Origin: Candidatus Parcubacteria bacterium
GTDB taxonomy: Bacteria > Patescibacteriota > Patescibacteriia > Patescibacteriales > UBA12075
Reading direction: 5' to 3'
Assembly (NCBI GenBank): GCA_963814275.1
Contig: CAWFCE010000001.1
Location: 323,307 to 387,306 of the forward strand
DNA: 64,000 bases
Shown here: one piece after another, positions 44,740 through 55,564 of the stretch
Layout: every line of letters begins with the position of its first letter
Position numbering within the stretch: position 1 is the first letter of the stretch
Made by a program: the position numbers and the translations under genes
Notes under the pieces: generated by a model
Told to the model about the DNA's origin: nothing
Seen by the model: only the letters and a program-made list of their open reading frames with translations
The model's database searches: none

Positions 44740-45951
44740 ATGATACTCGAAATTGCAAAAATGTCCTTCGAGTCGCTTATGGCCAAGAAGACCAGGAGCG
44801 TTTTATCCATGCTCGGCATCATTATCGGCGTATCGACAGTAATTGCCGTTTTCGCAATTGGCCAAGGCGCGCAGAACGCCGTTAACGCCCAATTCCAGAA
44901 TTTAAGCGCCAACACGATTATTGTTATGGGTATGTTCGGCCGGGGCGCCACCCAAAGCTCCAAGCTGACAGCCGCCGATGCCGCGGTGATCAGGGATAAG
45001 GCCAGCTACATAAAGTCAGCCTCCGGTTCGATCACGGGCAATATGAGCGCTTCTTTCGGCGCGGAAAGCGGAAATTATAATGTGATCGGCGCCGATGCCG
45101 ATTATTTCAGCATATCCAATTTGAAATTGGGGAGCGGGCGATTCTTCGACCAAGGCGAGGTGGACAGCAAGGCAATGGTCGGGGTTATCGGCAGTGATGT
45201 TGCTGCCGCCCTTTTTCCCGATGGCTCGGATCCGGTCGGAGCGACCATTACGGTCGGAGGCAAACGCCTGCAGGTGGTCGGCACTATGGCGGAAGTCGGC
45301 TCCAATATCGGCCGGATGTCGCCGGACGAAGCGATCATCGTTCCCAATACGACCGCGGAGAAGAGCTTGCTGGGCACCAGGGGACAGGTGATGATCAATG
45401 TCCAGGCCGATTCGGTGGACAATATCGCGGCCGCTACCGAAGAGATTACCTCCGTTTTGCGCACCGAACACAAGCTCAAGGTCGATCAGGAAGACGATTT
45501 CCGCATAATGGACGCGGGCAGCATGGTTTCGACAGCCCAGGACACGGCCAAAATGATGACGATGCTCCTGACCGCGATCGCGGCGATAACCCTCCTGGTG
45601 TCAGGCATCGGGATCATGAACGTCATGTTCGTGACCGTGGCCGAGCGGACCAAGGAAATCGGCATTGCCAAAGCGATCGGCGGCAAACAGATGGATATAC
45701 TCACCCAGTTTCTCCTGGAATCGGTCATCCTGTCGATGATCGGCGGCTTGATCGGCATTTCGATCGGACAAGGGATAATATTCCTGGTGAATCGGACAAC
45801 CGCCTTGAGCTCGCTTATTACATTGGCGTCGTCTTATCTGGGTATTTCCATCGGCTTCGGTTTTTCGGTTATGGTCGGGGTATTTTTCGGCTTTTATCCG
45901 GCGCTCAAGGCCAGCCGGTTGGACCCGGTGGATGCGCTGAGGAGCGAATGA
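44740..45951 (+). CDS. ABC transporter permease (MacB/FtsX family)
   Basis: N-terminal TM, large extracytoplasmic MacB_PCD-like domain, C-terminal FtsX 3-TM bundle ending YPA.KASRLDPVDALR. Confidence 0.85.
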   Translation: MILEIAKMSFESLMAKKTRSVLSMLGIIIGVSTVIAVFAIGQGAQNAVNAQFQNLSANTIIVMGMFGRGATQSSKLTAADAAVIRDKASYIKSASGSITGNMSASFGAESGNYNVIGADADYFSISNLKLGSGRFFDQGEVDSKAMVGVIGSDVAAALFPDGSDPVGATITVGGKRLQVVGTMAEVGSNIGRMSPDEAIIVPNTTAEKSLLGTRGQVMINVQADSVDNIAAATEEITSVLRTEHKLKVDQEDDFRIMDAGSMVSTAQDTAKMMTMLLTAIAAITLLVSGIGIMNVMFVTVAERTKEIGIAKAIGGKQMDILTQFLLESVILSMIGGLIGISIGQGIIFLVNRTTALSSLITLASSYLGISIGFGFSVMVGVFFGFYPALKASRLDPVDALRSE

Positions 45952-45975
45952 CGTTTGTTTTTTTGGATAAAAATT

Positions 45976-46002
45976 CCGCGGGAGTATTGCCCGCGGTTTT
46001 TT
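45976..46002 (+). terminator. intrinsic terminator
   Basis: ccgcggg/cccgcgg stem followed by T6. Confidence 0.75.
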
Positions 46003-46307
46003 GATATTCGGGAAATTGGAAATTAGAAACTGGAAATTTGGTTTTTTAAATCCAAATTTCGGCTTAAGTAGTTTTTGGACGCTTATTTCCTGAAAATTTG
46101 CCAATCATCCCATGTCGATATCCGATCTATGCCTCGATGATTACCGGGCAAATCCTTTAAAGTTTTAAAAACAACATAAGTCCATATTCGCCATATCTAA
46201 TTTCCGGTTACAAATTAATTTAGATAAACCTAATAAAAATATAATAAAATTTTAATTAAAATATAACCCCGCCGTGATAAGCTCATTAATATTTAAAAAA
46301 AAGAAAA

Positions 46308-47372
46308 ATGAGTCAGACAAGTAATGTCAGGAGGATATTTTTTTATATCTTTATAATTATGTCCGGTTTAATTATCGGCCGGGCAAGCGAAGCAGTCGGT
46401 ATTACTGGACAGCTGGCTGGCCGGATTTTAGCGGCAACGGAGCAGCCGGGAGGACTATGGTACGTAAACCCCGAAAACCGCCAGTTATATTATCTTGGTC
46501 AGCCGGCGGCCGTTATGGATATGATACGCGCTCTCGGGCTAGGGGTTTCGAATAGCGATTTCGATATCTGGAAAGGTATTGCGCCGAAGCGCCTTAAAGG
46601 CAAAATCCTGCTAAAAGTCGAGGACCGGGGACAGGCCTATTATGTCAACCCAAACGATCTGGCATTGGTTTATCTGGGCCCACCGGATGATGTCATGCGG
46701 ATATTGTCACCCTTGGCTATTACCGTAAACTATGCCGATATCGAAGCAATGGCGGCGGGAGGAAGCGGCGGCGGGACGATCGACCCGATAACCGTCCAGT
46801 TGACAGTGCCATTTACCAGCCAGGCGCCGGATGGCAACTGGAGCAATCCGGTCTATGAGGACGGTTGCGAGGAGGCGGCAATATTGATGGCGTATTATTG
46901 GGCAAATCGCCTGCCCCTGGATTCGGGAACGGCGGCGCGGGAGATATCCGCGATCGCGCAATATGAGATTAAGCTAGACGGTGAATACCGCGACCGTTCG
47001 ATTACCGATACGGCGGCGCTGATGCGCGATTATTTCGGCTATAACGGCGTTAAAAGCAATCTGAATATAACGGCGGACGATATAATAAACCAGCTGATGA
47101 ACGGCAACCTGGTTATAGCGGCGGTAAACGGACGACGCCTGGGTAACCCGCACTACACTCCGCCCGGACCGCCAAATCATATGCTGGTGGTAACCGGTTA
47201 TGACGCGGCCAGTGATGAATTCATTACCAATGACCCAGGAACACACTTCGGCGCCGGATACCGTTATCCGCGCGCCGTGATCGAAGACAGCTTGCGCGAC
47301 TATCCCACTGGCTATCGCGGCACTTTTGCCGACGCCCATACGGCGATGATAACGGTTGAACCGGGGAGTTGA
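46308..47372 (+). CDS. secreted protein: 2x GEAWY-type repeat plus C39-like (YvpB-type) cysteine peptidase domain
   Basis: GRILAATEQPGGLWYVNP...GVSNSDF and GKILLKVEDRGQAYYVNP; VPFTSQAPDG.W.....DGCEEAAILMA. Confidence 0.65.
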   Translation: MSQTSNVRRIFFYIFIIMSGLIIGRASEAVGITGQLAGRILAATEQPGGLWYVNPENRQLYYLGQPAAVMDMIRALGLGVSNSDFDIWKGIAPKRLKGKILLKVEDRGQAYYVNPNDLALVYLGPPDDVMRILSPLAITVNYADIEAMAAGGSGGGTIDPITVQLTVPFTSQAPDGNWSNPVYEDGCEEAAILMAYYWANRLPLDSGTAAREISAIAQYEIKLDGEYRDRSITDTAALMRDYFGYNGVKSNLNITADDIINQLMNGNLVIAAVNGRRLGNPHYTPPGPPNHMLVVTGYDAASDEFITNDPGTHFGAGYRYPRAVIEDSLRDYPTGYRGTFADAHTAMITVEPGS

Positions 47373-47454
47373 TACAATTTTACAAATTGACACAAGGCAT
47401 ATATTTATAGTATGCTTTTTTTGTTTGGTCGAAATTAGTCATGATAAATATACA

Positions 47455-48540
47455 ATGGCAATTTTAAGTAAAATTAAAGAAAATTATTTCAAGTACGAAC
47501 ATTTCCTTTCGCCATTAGTCCTGATTGGCGGATTTATTTTCGACAATCTTACACTGACGCGGATCGATCTTTGGATTGACAATCTTATCATAATAATCTA
47601 TCTGTCGGTTGCCCTGGGGTCGATCATATACCTGAGCATATACGATAGCAGCCGGCCGGAACATCGCTGGCTCAAGAATCTGGCCGCGTTCGCGCCGTTC
47701 GTTCTGCAGTTCGTGATCGGCGGTTTGTTCAGCGCTTTTTTCGTATTTTACCGCCGCAGCGCCTCTTTCCTCGATAGTTGGCCTTTTCTGCTGCTTTTAG
47801 CCGGCCTTCTTGTCGGCAATGAATTGTTCCGCGAGCGCTATCAGCGCCTGGTCTTCCGGCTTGGCATATTCTTTATAGTCTTGTTTTCGTACGCGGTTTT
47901 TGCCATGCCGGTACTGCTGGGTAAAATGGGCGCGGACATATTCCTCTTAAGCGGAGCCGTATCGCTGGTAATTATTTTTTTGGTTATGTCTGTTTTATGG
48001 CGCTTTTTACCCGAGCGGATGAGGGCGGGACGGAATGCGCTTCTTATCAGTATCGGCATGATCTACTTCGGCTTCAATTTGCTGTATTTCACTAATGTAA
48101 TCCCGCCGATACCGCTCGCCTTGCAAGAAAGCGGCGTTTATCATGATGTTAAGAGAAGCGGTTCCGACTATACGGTCGAATACGAGCCTGTTCCCTGGTA
48201 CCGTTTTTGGCGGATCTCGCGGCCGGTTTTCCACTGGCAGACCGGCCAGCCGGTATATGTATTTAGCGCGGTTTTCGCCCCGACGAAAATCGCCACCCGG
48301 ATCTACCACCGCTGGTCTTATTATGACCCGGCGAGCGAAGACTGGGTCGAGAAGAGCCGGATCGGCTACCCGATCACTGGCGGCCGTGACGGCGGTTATC
48401 GGGGCTGGACCGTAAAATACAATGTCTGGCCGGGCAAATGGCGGGTGGATGTTATCACTGAGTCGGGCCAGGTGTTGGGCCGGACGGTTTTTTATATCGT
48501 ATCCGGTCCGCCGCCAGAGCTGGAAAGCGGGATTCGCTGA
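47455..48540 (+). CDS. polytopic membrane protein with DUF2914-like C-terminal domain
   Basis: ATG at 47455; about 7 TM spans; C-terminal W.PGKWRVDV....G.VLGR..F pattern. Confidence 0.6.
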   Translation: MAILSKIKENYFKYEHFLSPLVLIGGFIFDNLTLTRIDLWIDNLIIIIYLSVALGSIIYLSIYDSSRPEHRWLKNLAAFAPFVLQFVIGGLFSAFFVFYRRSASFLDSWPFLLLLAGLLVGNELFRERYQRLVFRLGIFFIVLFSYAVFAMPVLLGKMGADIFLLSGAVSLVIIFLVMSVLWRFLPERMRAGRNALLISIGMIYFGFNLLYFTNVIPPIPLALQESGVYHDVKRSGSDYTVEYEPVPWYRFWRISRPVFHWQTGQPVYVFSAVFAPTKIATRIYHRWSYYDPASEDWVEKSRIGYPITGGRDGGYRGWTVKYNVWPGKWRVDVITESGQVLGRTVFYIVSGPPPELESGIR

Positions 48541-48671
48541 CTCCAATAAAAACGTTAGCCGTGATAATAATTGAAGAAAATGCTATAATAATAACAGGGT
48601 TATTTCGGGTAAAGAGACAGTCAGGCAATATTTGGCTTTAAAACATTGGTTTATTCGTATAAGATAGTAAT

Positions 48672-49649
48672 TTGCAGGTTATGCTTTTCTTACTCCGTTT
48701 AATAATCGGCCTGGTCATTGAGGGCATGGTACTTTGGCTGACTGTCGGCCTGGATTCGGTGATAGATTCTATGTCCGCCAGCTTCGGTGTTATGGCCGCG
48801 GTGTATGGAATCGTCGCTTATTTTTTGGGTTGGATTTTTGTCCGCCTAATGGAAAAATTTACGGCCAGTGCCTGGGGCGTAAGCGTTTATGATCGGTTGG
48901 TGAATTTTTGTATTTTTCTCGCGGTCGGATTGTGGCTTTTGTCATGGTGGAATCTCCGTACCCTGCCCGGTCCGGAGATGATCGTGCCCGAATTATACCA
49001 TGAACCGGCGCAAACACCCGTACACGAGGAGACGCTCAATTTCGATTACCGCGGCACCTCTTACGGGGTTAAGCCGCAGGCCGAATATGAACTTTGGGGG
49101 CTTGTCGTAACCCATAACGACATCGGCGCCTGGTATAATTACTACCATAATGAGGATTCGGTCAATCTGAAAGATCTATGCGTGATTTGGGGGGACAATG
49201 TAAAAGGCGATTTTTACCAGCGGATGAAATACGATAGCGGGGAGTGGACCTGCTACTTCCAGGCCGATAAGCGGGCGGACTGGCTTAAGTTCAAGCCCGA
49301 GGAACTGTCCAATAACCATCTGATAGCCGCCGACGAGAGGGTTCAAGACATAATCCGTCGCGTTCGGGTGGGGGACCAGGTGCATTTCCAGGGTTATCTG
49401 GCGTCTTACGGTACGGCGGATACGCCAGAAAGCCAGTGGCGCGGCACCAGCCTGACCCGTACCGATACCGGTAATGGCGCCTGCGAAACCGTATTCGTCA
49501 AGAATATCGAAATTCTCGCTCCGGGCAATTCGGGCTGGTACGCCCTGGCCAAGAACGCATTGATAGCGCTCTTCATCCTCCTGTGGTTCAAAGTCATACT
49601 GTTCTTTTTCCATCATCGGAAGATCATTTTCAATACGGAAGAAAATTAA
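48672..49649 (+). CDS. membrane hypothetical protein (325 aa)
   Basis: N-terminal TM spans and a C-terminal TM span; no motif recognised. Confidence 0.5.
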   Translation: MQVMLFLLRLIIGLVIEGMVLWLTVGLDSVIDSMSASFGVMAAVYGIVAYFLGWIFVRLMEKFTASAWGVSVYDRLVNFCIFLAVGLWLLSWWNLRTLPGPEMIVPELYHEPAQTPVHEETLNFDYRGTSYGVKPQAEYELWGLVVTHNDIGAWYNYYHNEDSVNLKDLCVIWGDNVKGDFYQRMKYDSGEWTCYFQADKRADWLKFKPEELSNNHLIAADERVQDIIRRVRVGDQVHFQGYLASYGTADTPESQWRGTSLTRTDTGNGACETVFVKNIEILAPGNSGWYALAKNALIALFILLWFKVILFFFHHRKIIFNTEEN

Positions 49650-49898
49650 TATAATATCGGGAGGATTTTGAGAATCATCTATTGCCAATTTTTATTAATC
49701 AATAATCCGGCTATCGATTAAAAAGTTTTCTGATGGTGATAGGGCAGCTGGTGCCCGAAAATTAAAATTTATTTTATCGTACATAATTTCAAACCCGGGG
49801 CCCAGGAAACCAGGGGTTTTTTATTGGGTTATTATTTTGTACGAGGCTGAAGCCTCGGAAACCTTCGGCTAAAGCCAAGTGGAAAAACCCCGTCGCGT

Positions 49899-49962
49899 TC
49901 CACTTGGCTTTACCTGCCTGCCGGCAGGCAGTGTCGAAGGTCCGGGATGCTTTAGCATCCTA
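49899..49962. repeat. inverted copy of the 4808-4872 composite hairpin repeat
   Basis: ttccacttggctttacctgcctgccggcaggcag...cgaaggtccgggatgctttagcatcctac; adjacent 11-bp hairpin gccaagtggaa/ttccacttggc (49874-49908). Confidence 0.8.
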
Positions 49963-50101
49963 CAATATTTTGTCCGGAAAAATAAAACCAACCATAAACT
50001 GAAGTCAAGGGAAAACAACCTGATCCCAAACGCTTTTTGCCGATTGGACGTAATGCGGCCATTTATAGTATAATAAACAGAGATTATTTAGTGTCACTTT
50101 C

Positions 50102-52078
50102 ATGCCCTTAAGAGGAGTTACAACAGAGAAATTCGAGTTCGATCCGGGGAGCGAAGCATTTCATGGTTTTATCGATAATTTGAATGATTCGGTGGTGGCC
50201 ATGGATATTAGCGGCCGGATACACTATGCCAACTTGAGCGCCCGCCGCTTGCTCGGCTACATGACGCATGAATTGGAGCAGATGCTTTTTTTCGATTTGC
50301 TCCACCCCCGCTCGGCTTCATATTTACGGGAAATTTACGCCAAGATCAAGCGCGGTTCGCCAGTGACCGACCAGAATTTTATTTTCATTTCCAAATCGGG
50401 GGAAGAAATACCGTTATCCGGCAGTATGATCCCGGTTTTGTCGGCTCAGGGCGGTTTGACGGTGTGGGGCATATTTCGTTCAGCGGAGCGCCATCCGGCG
50501 GAGATCGAAGACGTGGAAGCTTTGAAGCGCCGACGTTTCGAATTGGAAGCTTTGAAATCTTTGTCCGACCGCCTGACCAATATTTTCGATATCCGTGAAG
50601 CGGTAAAGACCATCAACAGCTATCTGACCGAAGTCTTGGAATATTCGACAGCCACGTATTTGATCCTCAATCCGGATGATAAACACGATTTCATCTACCT
50701 GGATTATCTCAAGGAGCCGGTTGGGAATAAGTTTATAAAGGAGACGAGGGATAATATAGTCAAGTATTTTAGGGCGGAAAAAGTCGGCGGGCTGGATAGC
50801 GCGCTAAAGCAATTTATCTCGAGCCAGCCCGAGACTTCAGGCTACAAAATTGCGCAGGGAAGCGCGCTAAAACCCCGGTCGCAACTGTTCTTTCCCTTGC
50901 GGCTGGCCGGTGACACATTCGGGGTCATCCATATCGCTTCGGCTAAGCCCGGTATGTACGAGAGTGGGACCAATTGGCTGACCGATGCCATGGTCGTGAC
51001 TTTCGTATTGTTCATTGTCCGCCTGCAGACACTGGTCCGAAGCCAGCGTAGCCGCACGGAATCACTCGTCAAAAGCCTGTCGGACGGTATAATAATGTTC
51101 AATACCAAGATGAATGTCGTCCTGATGAATCCGCCCGGCAGCATATACACGGGATTACCCGCCTCCCGGGCATCGCTGGGGGATTTTTATACCCTTTTTC
51201 CCGATATCAATATGCAGGCAAAGACGACCGAAATGCTGATCTCCGCCAAAACGGTCCATGTCGAAGACGCGCTTTTAAAGGACCGCCATTATGAAATATT
51301 TTTTACTCCGGTCAAAGATAACCAGGGAAAAGTAGTGAGCGGGGCGATAATCCTGCATGATATCACCCAGCTTAAGGAGATCGATGAGATGAAGTCCGAT
51401 TTTGTCTTTATGGCTTCGCATCAGTTGCGCACCCCGCTGACCGGTATCAAATGGTTTACCAAGCTTTTGGAGAAAGCGTTGTTACGCGAAGGAACGATGT
51501 CGCCGCGTGACAAGGAATGTCTGGAACAAATCAATATTTCTAATGACATGATGATCAAGCTGGTAAACGATTTGTTGAATGTATCGCGGATCGAATCCGG
51601 GCGTAAATTCAAAATCGAGAAAACCGCGGTAAAATTCGACGAAATTATCGAACAAATAAAAAAGAACAATATTGTCGTTACAACCACTAACAAAATCAAA
51701 CTGATTGTATCCAGCCAGCCTAAACGTCTGGTATTTTATGCCGATGGCCCCAAGTTCCAGCAAGTTCTCCATAATTTGGTCAACAATGCCGTCAAATATT
51801 CTCCGCCAAAATCAACCGTCAAGGTTGAGGCCGAACAGGGCGCGAATGAAACATTTTTTTCGGTCACGGATAATGGAATCGGAATTCCCAAAAATCAGCA
51901 GAAAAAGATTTTTGAAAAGTTTTTCCGGGCCGATAATGCCGCCTCCCACGGCATGCCCGGCTCCGGTTTGGGGCTATATTTGGCGAAAGCAGTGATCGAA
52001 GCCCATGGCGGCAAACTGAGCTTTAAATCCGCCGAAAACAAAGGCACGACATTTACTTTAACTTTACCGAATAAATAA
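50102..52078 (+). CDS. cytoplasmic sensor histidine kinase (PAS-GAF-PAS-HisKA-HATPase_c)
   Basis: H-box FVFMASHQLRTPL; N, G1 (DNGIGI) and G2 (GSGLGL) boxes; no TM segment. Confidence 0.85.
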   Translation: MPLRGVTTEKFEFDPGSEAFHGFIDNLNDSVVAMDISGRIHYANLSARRLLGYMTHELEQMLFFDLLHPRSASYLREIYAKIKRGSPVTDQNFIFISKSGEEIPLSGSMIPVLSAQGGLTVWGIFRSAERHPAEIEDVEALKRRRFELEALKSLSDRLTNIFDIREAVKTINSYLTEVLEYSTATYLILNPDDKHDFIYLDYLKEPVGNKFIKETRDNIVKYFRAEKVGGLDSALKQFISSQPETSGYKIAQGSALKPRSQLFFPLRLAGDTFGVIHIASAKPGMYESGTNWLTDAMVVTFVLFIVRLQTLVRSQRSRTESLVKSLSDGIIMFNTKMNVVLMNPPGSIYTGLPASRASLGDFYTLFPDINMQAKTTEMLISAKTVHVEDALLKDRHYEIFFTPVKDNQGKVVSGAIILHDITQLKEIDEMKSDFVFMASHQLRTPLTGIKWFTKLLEKALLREGTMSPRDKECLEQINISNDMMIKLVNDLLNVSRIESGRKFKIEKTAVKFDEIIEQIKKNNIVVTTTNKIKLIVSSQPKRLVFYADGPKFQQVLHNLVNNAVKYSPPKSTVKVEAEQGANETFFSVTDNGIGIPKNQQKKIFEKFFRADNAASHGMPGSGLGLYLAKAVIEAHGGKLSFKSAENKGTTFTLTLPNK

Positions 52079-52267
52079 TAGACTATTTAAGTATAGGCCG
52101 ATATCTGTTATAATATAAATAATAAATATTAAGTTAAAACAGTAAAAATTTTTAAACAAGTCATTTAAACTTTAAACTTTTAACCCATAAAATGAGTTTC
52201 TTTGTCCGATTATCCGTAGTTTTTGGCAATAAACTTTTTATATGCGTTATAAGTCTGTTAATATCAT

Positions 52268-52636
52268 ATGGCTAAAAAAATATTAGTCGTAGAAGACGTC
52301 AGTTTTTTGCAAAATGCAATCCGGATATCCCTGGAGGATGCCGGCTATAAGGTTTTGACCGCTTCTGACGGCGAGGAAGGATTGGAGATGGCCCTGGCTA
52401 AAATTCCCGACCTGATCCTTCTGGATATCATGATGCCGAAAATGGACGGAATGACAATGCTTAAGAAACTGCGCCACGACCCCAAGGGGAAGAAAATCCC
52501 GGTCATTATCCTCACTAATATGTCGAGCGAGGAAAAACTGATCGAGGCGCACAAGGAAGGCGTTACGGACTATTTTATAAAAAGCGATTGGGAGATCGAA
52601 GAATTGCCGGATTTGGTTGCCAATAAACTGGGATAA
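52268..52636 (+). CDS. stand-alone response-regulator receiver domain (CheY-like)
   Basis: VVEDV, DLILLDIMMPKMDG, T and K pattern; no output domain. Confidence 0.85.
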   Translation: MAKKILVVEDVSFLQNAIRISLEDAGYKVLTASDGEEGLEMALAKIPDLILLDIMMPKMDGMTMLKKLRHDPKGKKIPVIILTNMSSEEKLIEAHKEGVTDYFIKSDWEIEELPDLVANKLG

Positions 52637-52673
52637 CCGGGGTAAAATAATAAGGATAGTATTTGTTATATTT

Positions 52674-52706
52674 CAAAAAAGTCCGGTGTTTTGAACCGGA
52701 CTTTTT
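52674..52706. terminator. bidirectional intrinsic terminator
   Basis: agtccggt/accggact stem flanked by A6 and T5. Confidence 0.7.
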
Positions 52707-52869
52707 AATATTTATTAATAATTTTTTAATTTAATTTTGATATTATATTTCTACGAATTACGAATTTATTATGAATATACGAATAATAAGTTATTTTAAC
52801 ATAAATTTATGGATAAACTATCCATAGGCTGGCGTGTGCATATAGGCATTATCAATTTATCTCAAATCG

Positions 52870-53451
52870 ATGAATAAAAAGTTAATCATTGGCGCTTTGG
52901 CCGTAATCATTTTATCGGTTGCGGTTATAATATATCTTGACGCGCGGCAGAACGGCCAATACGTCAATCTGCCGGAGCTTGAGAAATCTAATTTGTCAAT
53001 AAAAAATATGCAGCTTACGAGTAGTTCCTTTATTCCCGGCGGACCTATACCCGCCCGTTTCACCTGCGATGGCGAGGATATTAATCCGCCGCTAGAATGG
53101 CGGGATGTGCCGGTTGGGGCCAAAAGCTTGGCGATAATCACGGATGACCCGGATGCCCCGGGTGGTACCTGGCTCCATTGGACACTGTGGAATATTGATC
53201 CGTCACTGTCCGGCATCGAAACCGGAAAAGTCCCGTCGGGCGCTGTGGAGGGGATGACCGATTTCGGCCGATCAGGATATGGCGGGCCTTGTCCGCCAAG
53301 CGGCAATCACCGATACTATTTTCGGATCTATGCCTTGGACATTCGCCTTGATCTGCGGGCCGACGCGCTGTTAAGCGACTTGAACCAGGCCATGACCGGC
53401 CATGTTATTGGACAGGCCGAACTCATGGGCACCTACAGCCGCAATCAGTAA
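52870..53451 (+). CDS. YbhB/YbcL family Raf-kinase-inhibitor-like (PEBP) protein
   Basis: DDPDAP.GTW.HW and GYGGPCPPSG.HRY.F..YALD motifs; N-terminal anchor. Confidence 0.85.
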   Translation: MNKKLIIGALAVIILSVAVIIYLDARQNGQYVNLPELEKSNLSIKNMQLTSSSFIPGGPIPARFTCDGEDINPPLEWRDVPVGAKSLAIITDDPDAPGGTWLHWTLWNIDPSLSGIETGKVPSGAVEGMTDFGRSGYGGPCPPSGNHRYYFRIYALDIRLDLRADALLSDLNQAMTGHVIGQAELMGTYSRNQ

Positions 53452-53564
53452 ACAGGGTATGCATTTCATCGCCTAATCTCTTAATTAGGGATTTTTATGT
53501 AAATAAAAAACCCGGATTGTCGAGGACGATCCGGGTACTGATAATAATTGAGGAAATTTTATTT

Positions 53565-53891
53565 TTAATGTAGTAAAATAACAAAGAAACGCAGACCTTG
53601 GATAAACAAAAGTAACGGCAATATAAAGTAATAATAATATTTGTCCCACTGCGTAGCCTTGACATGTTTGGTTGATTTTGCGAAAAGAACGATCAGGATA
53701 ATTACCGAGACAAAAAAGGCAACATGTGATGCGATAAAATCCGCCCAGTAGCGGTGATAGTCAGCTGGCTTGATGAATACTAAAAATATTAATATCCCAG
53801 CTATCGATATAACCGCAATAAATGCGGTAAATATCTGTCCGGCTAGCCATTTGTCTTCCCAGCTATTTCTTATCATGACGATGTCCTCCAT
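53565..53891 (-). CDS. small 3-TM membrane protein, hypothetical
   Basis: Hydrophobic spans; AT-rich; downstream hairpin cccggat/atccggg with an A run (53505-53535). Confidence 0.5.
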   Translation of the reverse strand: MEDIVMIRNSWEDKWLAGQIFTAFIAVISIAGILIFLVFIKPADYHRYWADFIASHVAFFVSVIILIVLFAKSTKHVKATQWDKYYYYFILPLLLFIQGLRFFVILLH

Positions 53892-54035
53892 CCATATTTG
53901 TTAGTTGTTGACTATTTTATATCACAAACCAGGTTTTATATCAATAATAGATATTTTGTGACTATAATAAATCATAAATTATGCCCGATAATACCGGATT
54001 TGACTGATTTTTCCTGATAACAATTAATCGCGTTT

Positions 54036-54064
54036 TTGAATATTGAAATAAATAAATGTATAAT
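54036..54064 (+). promoter_or_regulatory. sigma70-type promoter
   Basis: TTGAAT-17 nt-TATAAT, same hexamers as 38012-38040. Confidence 0.65.
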
Positions 54065-54097
54065 TTCGTAATATACTATAAATACGAGCTAAACTAA

Positions 54098-54679
54098 ATG
54101 ATCAGTGAGCTTGAGTGCGAGGGGAAAACAGACGAAATATTGGCGCGCCTGGCCTTAGTTGACGAGGATTATTTGGGTTGCCTGATCAGGCGTTACGAAA
54201 AACCCCTGGCGCGCTATATCCGGCGGCTAACCAATGTAGCGGAAGACGAAATTTCCGATATTCTGCAGGAAGTATTCATCAGCGTTTATAAAAACCTGAA
54301 CGATTTCGACCCTGAGCTCAAATTTTCATCATGGATATATCGTATCACCCACAACCAGGTGATCAGCCACCACCGCAAGAAGCAGAGCAGGCCGCAGACG
54401 ATCGAGGTAGACCTAAGCGATGAATCGCTCAATCATCTGGCTTCCGAATTGGATACCGGCCGTGAAGCCGATTTGCGCCTATTGGGCGAGCAAGTCGAGC
54501 GAACGCTTGCCGGAATGGAAGAGAAATACCGCGATGTATTGGTGTTGAAGTTTTTCGAAGAAAAAAGCTACCAGGAGATTAGCGATATTCTCAAGAAGCC
54601 CATGGGCACGATCGCTACGCTCTTGAGCCGAGCCAAAAAGCAGTTCAGAATTATTTACGAAAAACAAGGTAAAAAGTAA
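54098..54679 (+). CDS. RNA polymerase sigma-70 family (ECF-like) sigma factor, paralog of 38076-38660
   Basis: Collinear with the first copy, e.g. DILQEVFISVYKNLNDFDPELKFSSWIYRITHNQVISHHRK. Confidence 0.85.
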   Translation: MISELECEGKTDEILARLALVDEDYLGCLIRRYEKPLARYIRRLTNVAEDEISDILQEVFISVYKNLNDFDPELKFSSWIYRITHNQVISHHRKKQSRPQTIEVDLSDESLNHLASELDTGREADLRLLGEQVERTLAGMEEKYRDVLVLKFFEEKSYQEISDILKKPMGTIATLLSRAKKQFRIIYEKQGKK

Positions 54680-54753
54680 TTGTAAACCGCGGCAAGCGAA
54701 TATAATAAACGATTTATGATTTACGATCTCCAACTTACGTTTCATGGCCAACA

Positions 54754-55488
54754 ATGAATATGTCCGAAAATATAGCCAGTAAAATACTGGATTCAATCAA
54801 GAAAAAAGACATAAAACCCAAGCCGAAATGGGAGTTTTTAGTGCGGGAATACGCTATTTGGGGACTGGGAATTTTTTCTATTTTAATCGGTGCCCTGGCC
54901 TTTGCGGTAATCGTCTATTTGGTCGTAAACAACGACTGGGATGTGTACGGCGAGGTAAACTCCAATATATTCGCGTTTATATTTCTTACTTTGCCTTATT
55001 TTTGGCTGGTTTTGGTCGCTGGACTGGTATTGGCAGTCATTTATAATTTTCGACACACCAAATACGGCTACCGCTATCATTGGGCGATCGTGGTATTGGG
55101 CAGTATTTTTCTGAGTGTGGGCTTGGGGGTGATCTTCCATCGCGTGGGGTGGGGCGAAGCGATCGATGACACCTTGGGCCGGCGCGCGCCGCTATATGGC
55201 ACAGTTATCAATCCGCGATTGCATCTCTGGATGCAGCCTGAGCAGGGTCTATTGGCAGGCGTGGTGGTCGAAGTTATTACCCCGGAAGAATTTTTTCTTT
55301 ACGATCTGAGCCGTGAGAAGTGGCTGGTTGAGGCTCACAATACGCTGTTTCATCCCATGATAATAATAGAGCCGGGAAGGGAAATAAAAATGATCGGGGA
55401 AATGATCGGCCAGCATGAATTCGAAGCGTTCAATATCATACCGGTCGGTCCGGGCCGCGGCCAATTCCCGACAGATTTAGATTGGTAA
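54754..55488 (+). CDS. membrane partner protein, paralog of 38834-39706
   Basis: KPKPKWEFL, NNDWDVY, LPYFW and HTKYGYRY blocks shared with the first copy. Confidence 0.6.
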   Translation: MNMSENIASKILDSIKKKDIKPKPKWEFLVREYAIWGLGIFSILIGALAFAVIVYLVVNNDWDVYGEVNSNIFAFIFLTLPYFWLVLVAGLVLAVIYNFRHTKYGYRYHWAIVVLGSIFLSVGLGVIFHRVGWGEAIDDTLGRRAPLYGTVINPRLHLWMQPEQGLLAGVVVEVITPEEFFLYDLSREKWLVEAHNTLFHPMIIIEPGREIKMIGEMIGQHEFEAFNIIPVGPGRGQFPTDLDW

Positions 55489-55564
55489 AATGCCATTAAA
55501 TTAATTGAGAGAATATGTCAAATAACTTAATTTAAATTAAAAATTAAATTAAATAAGCTGCTTT

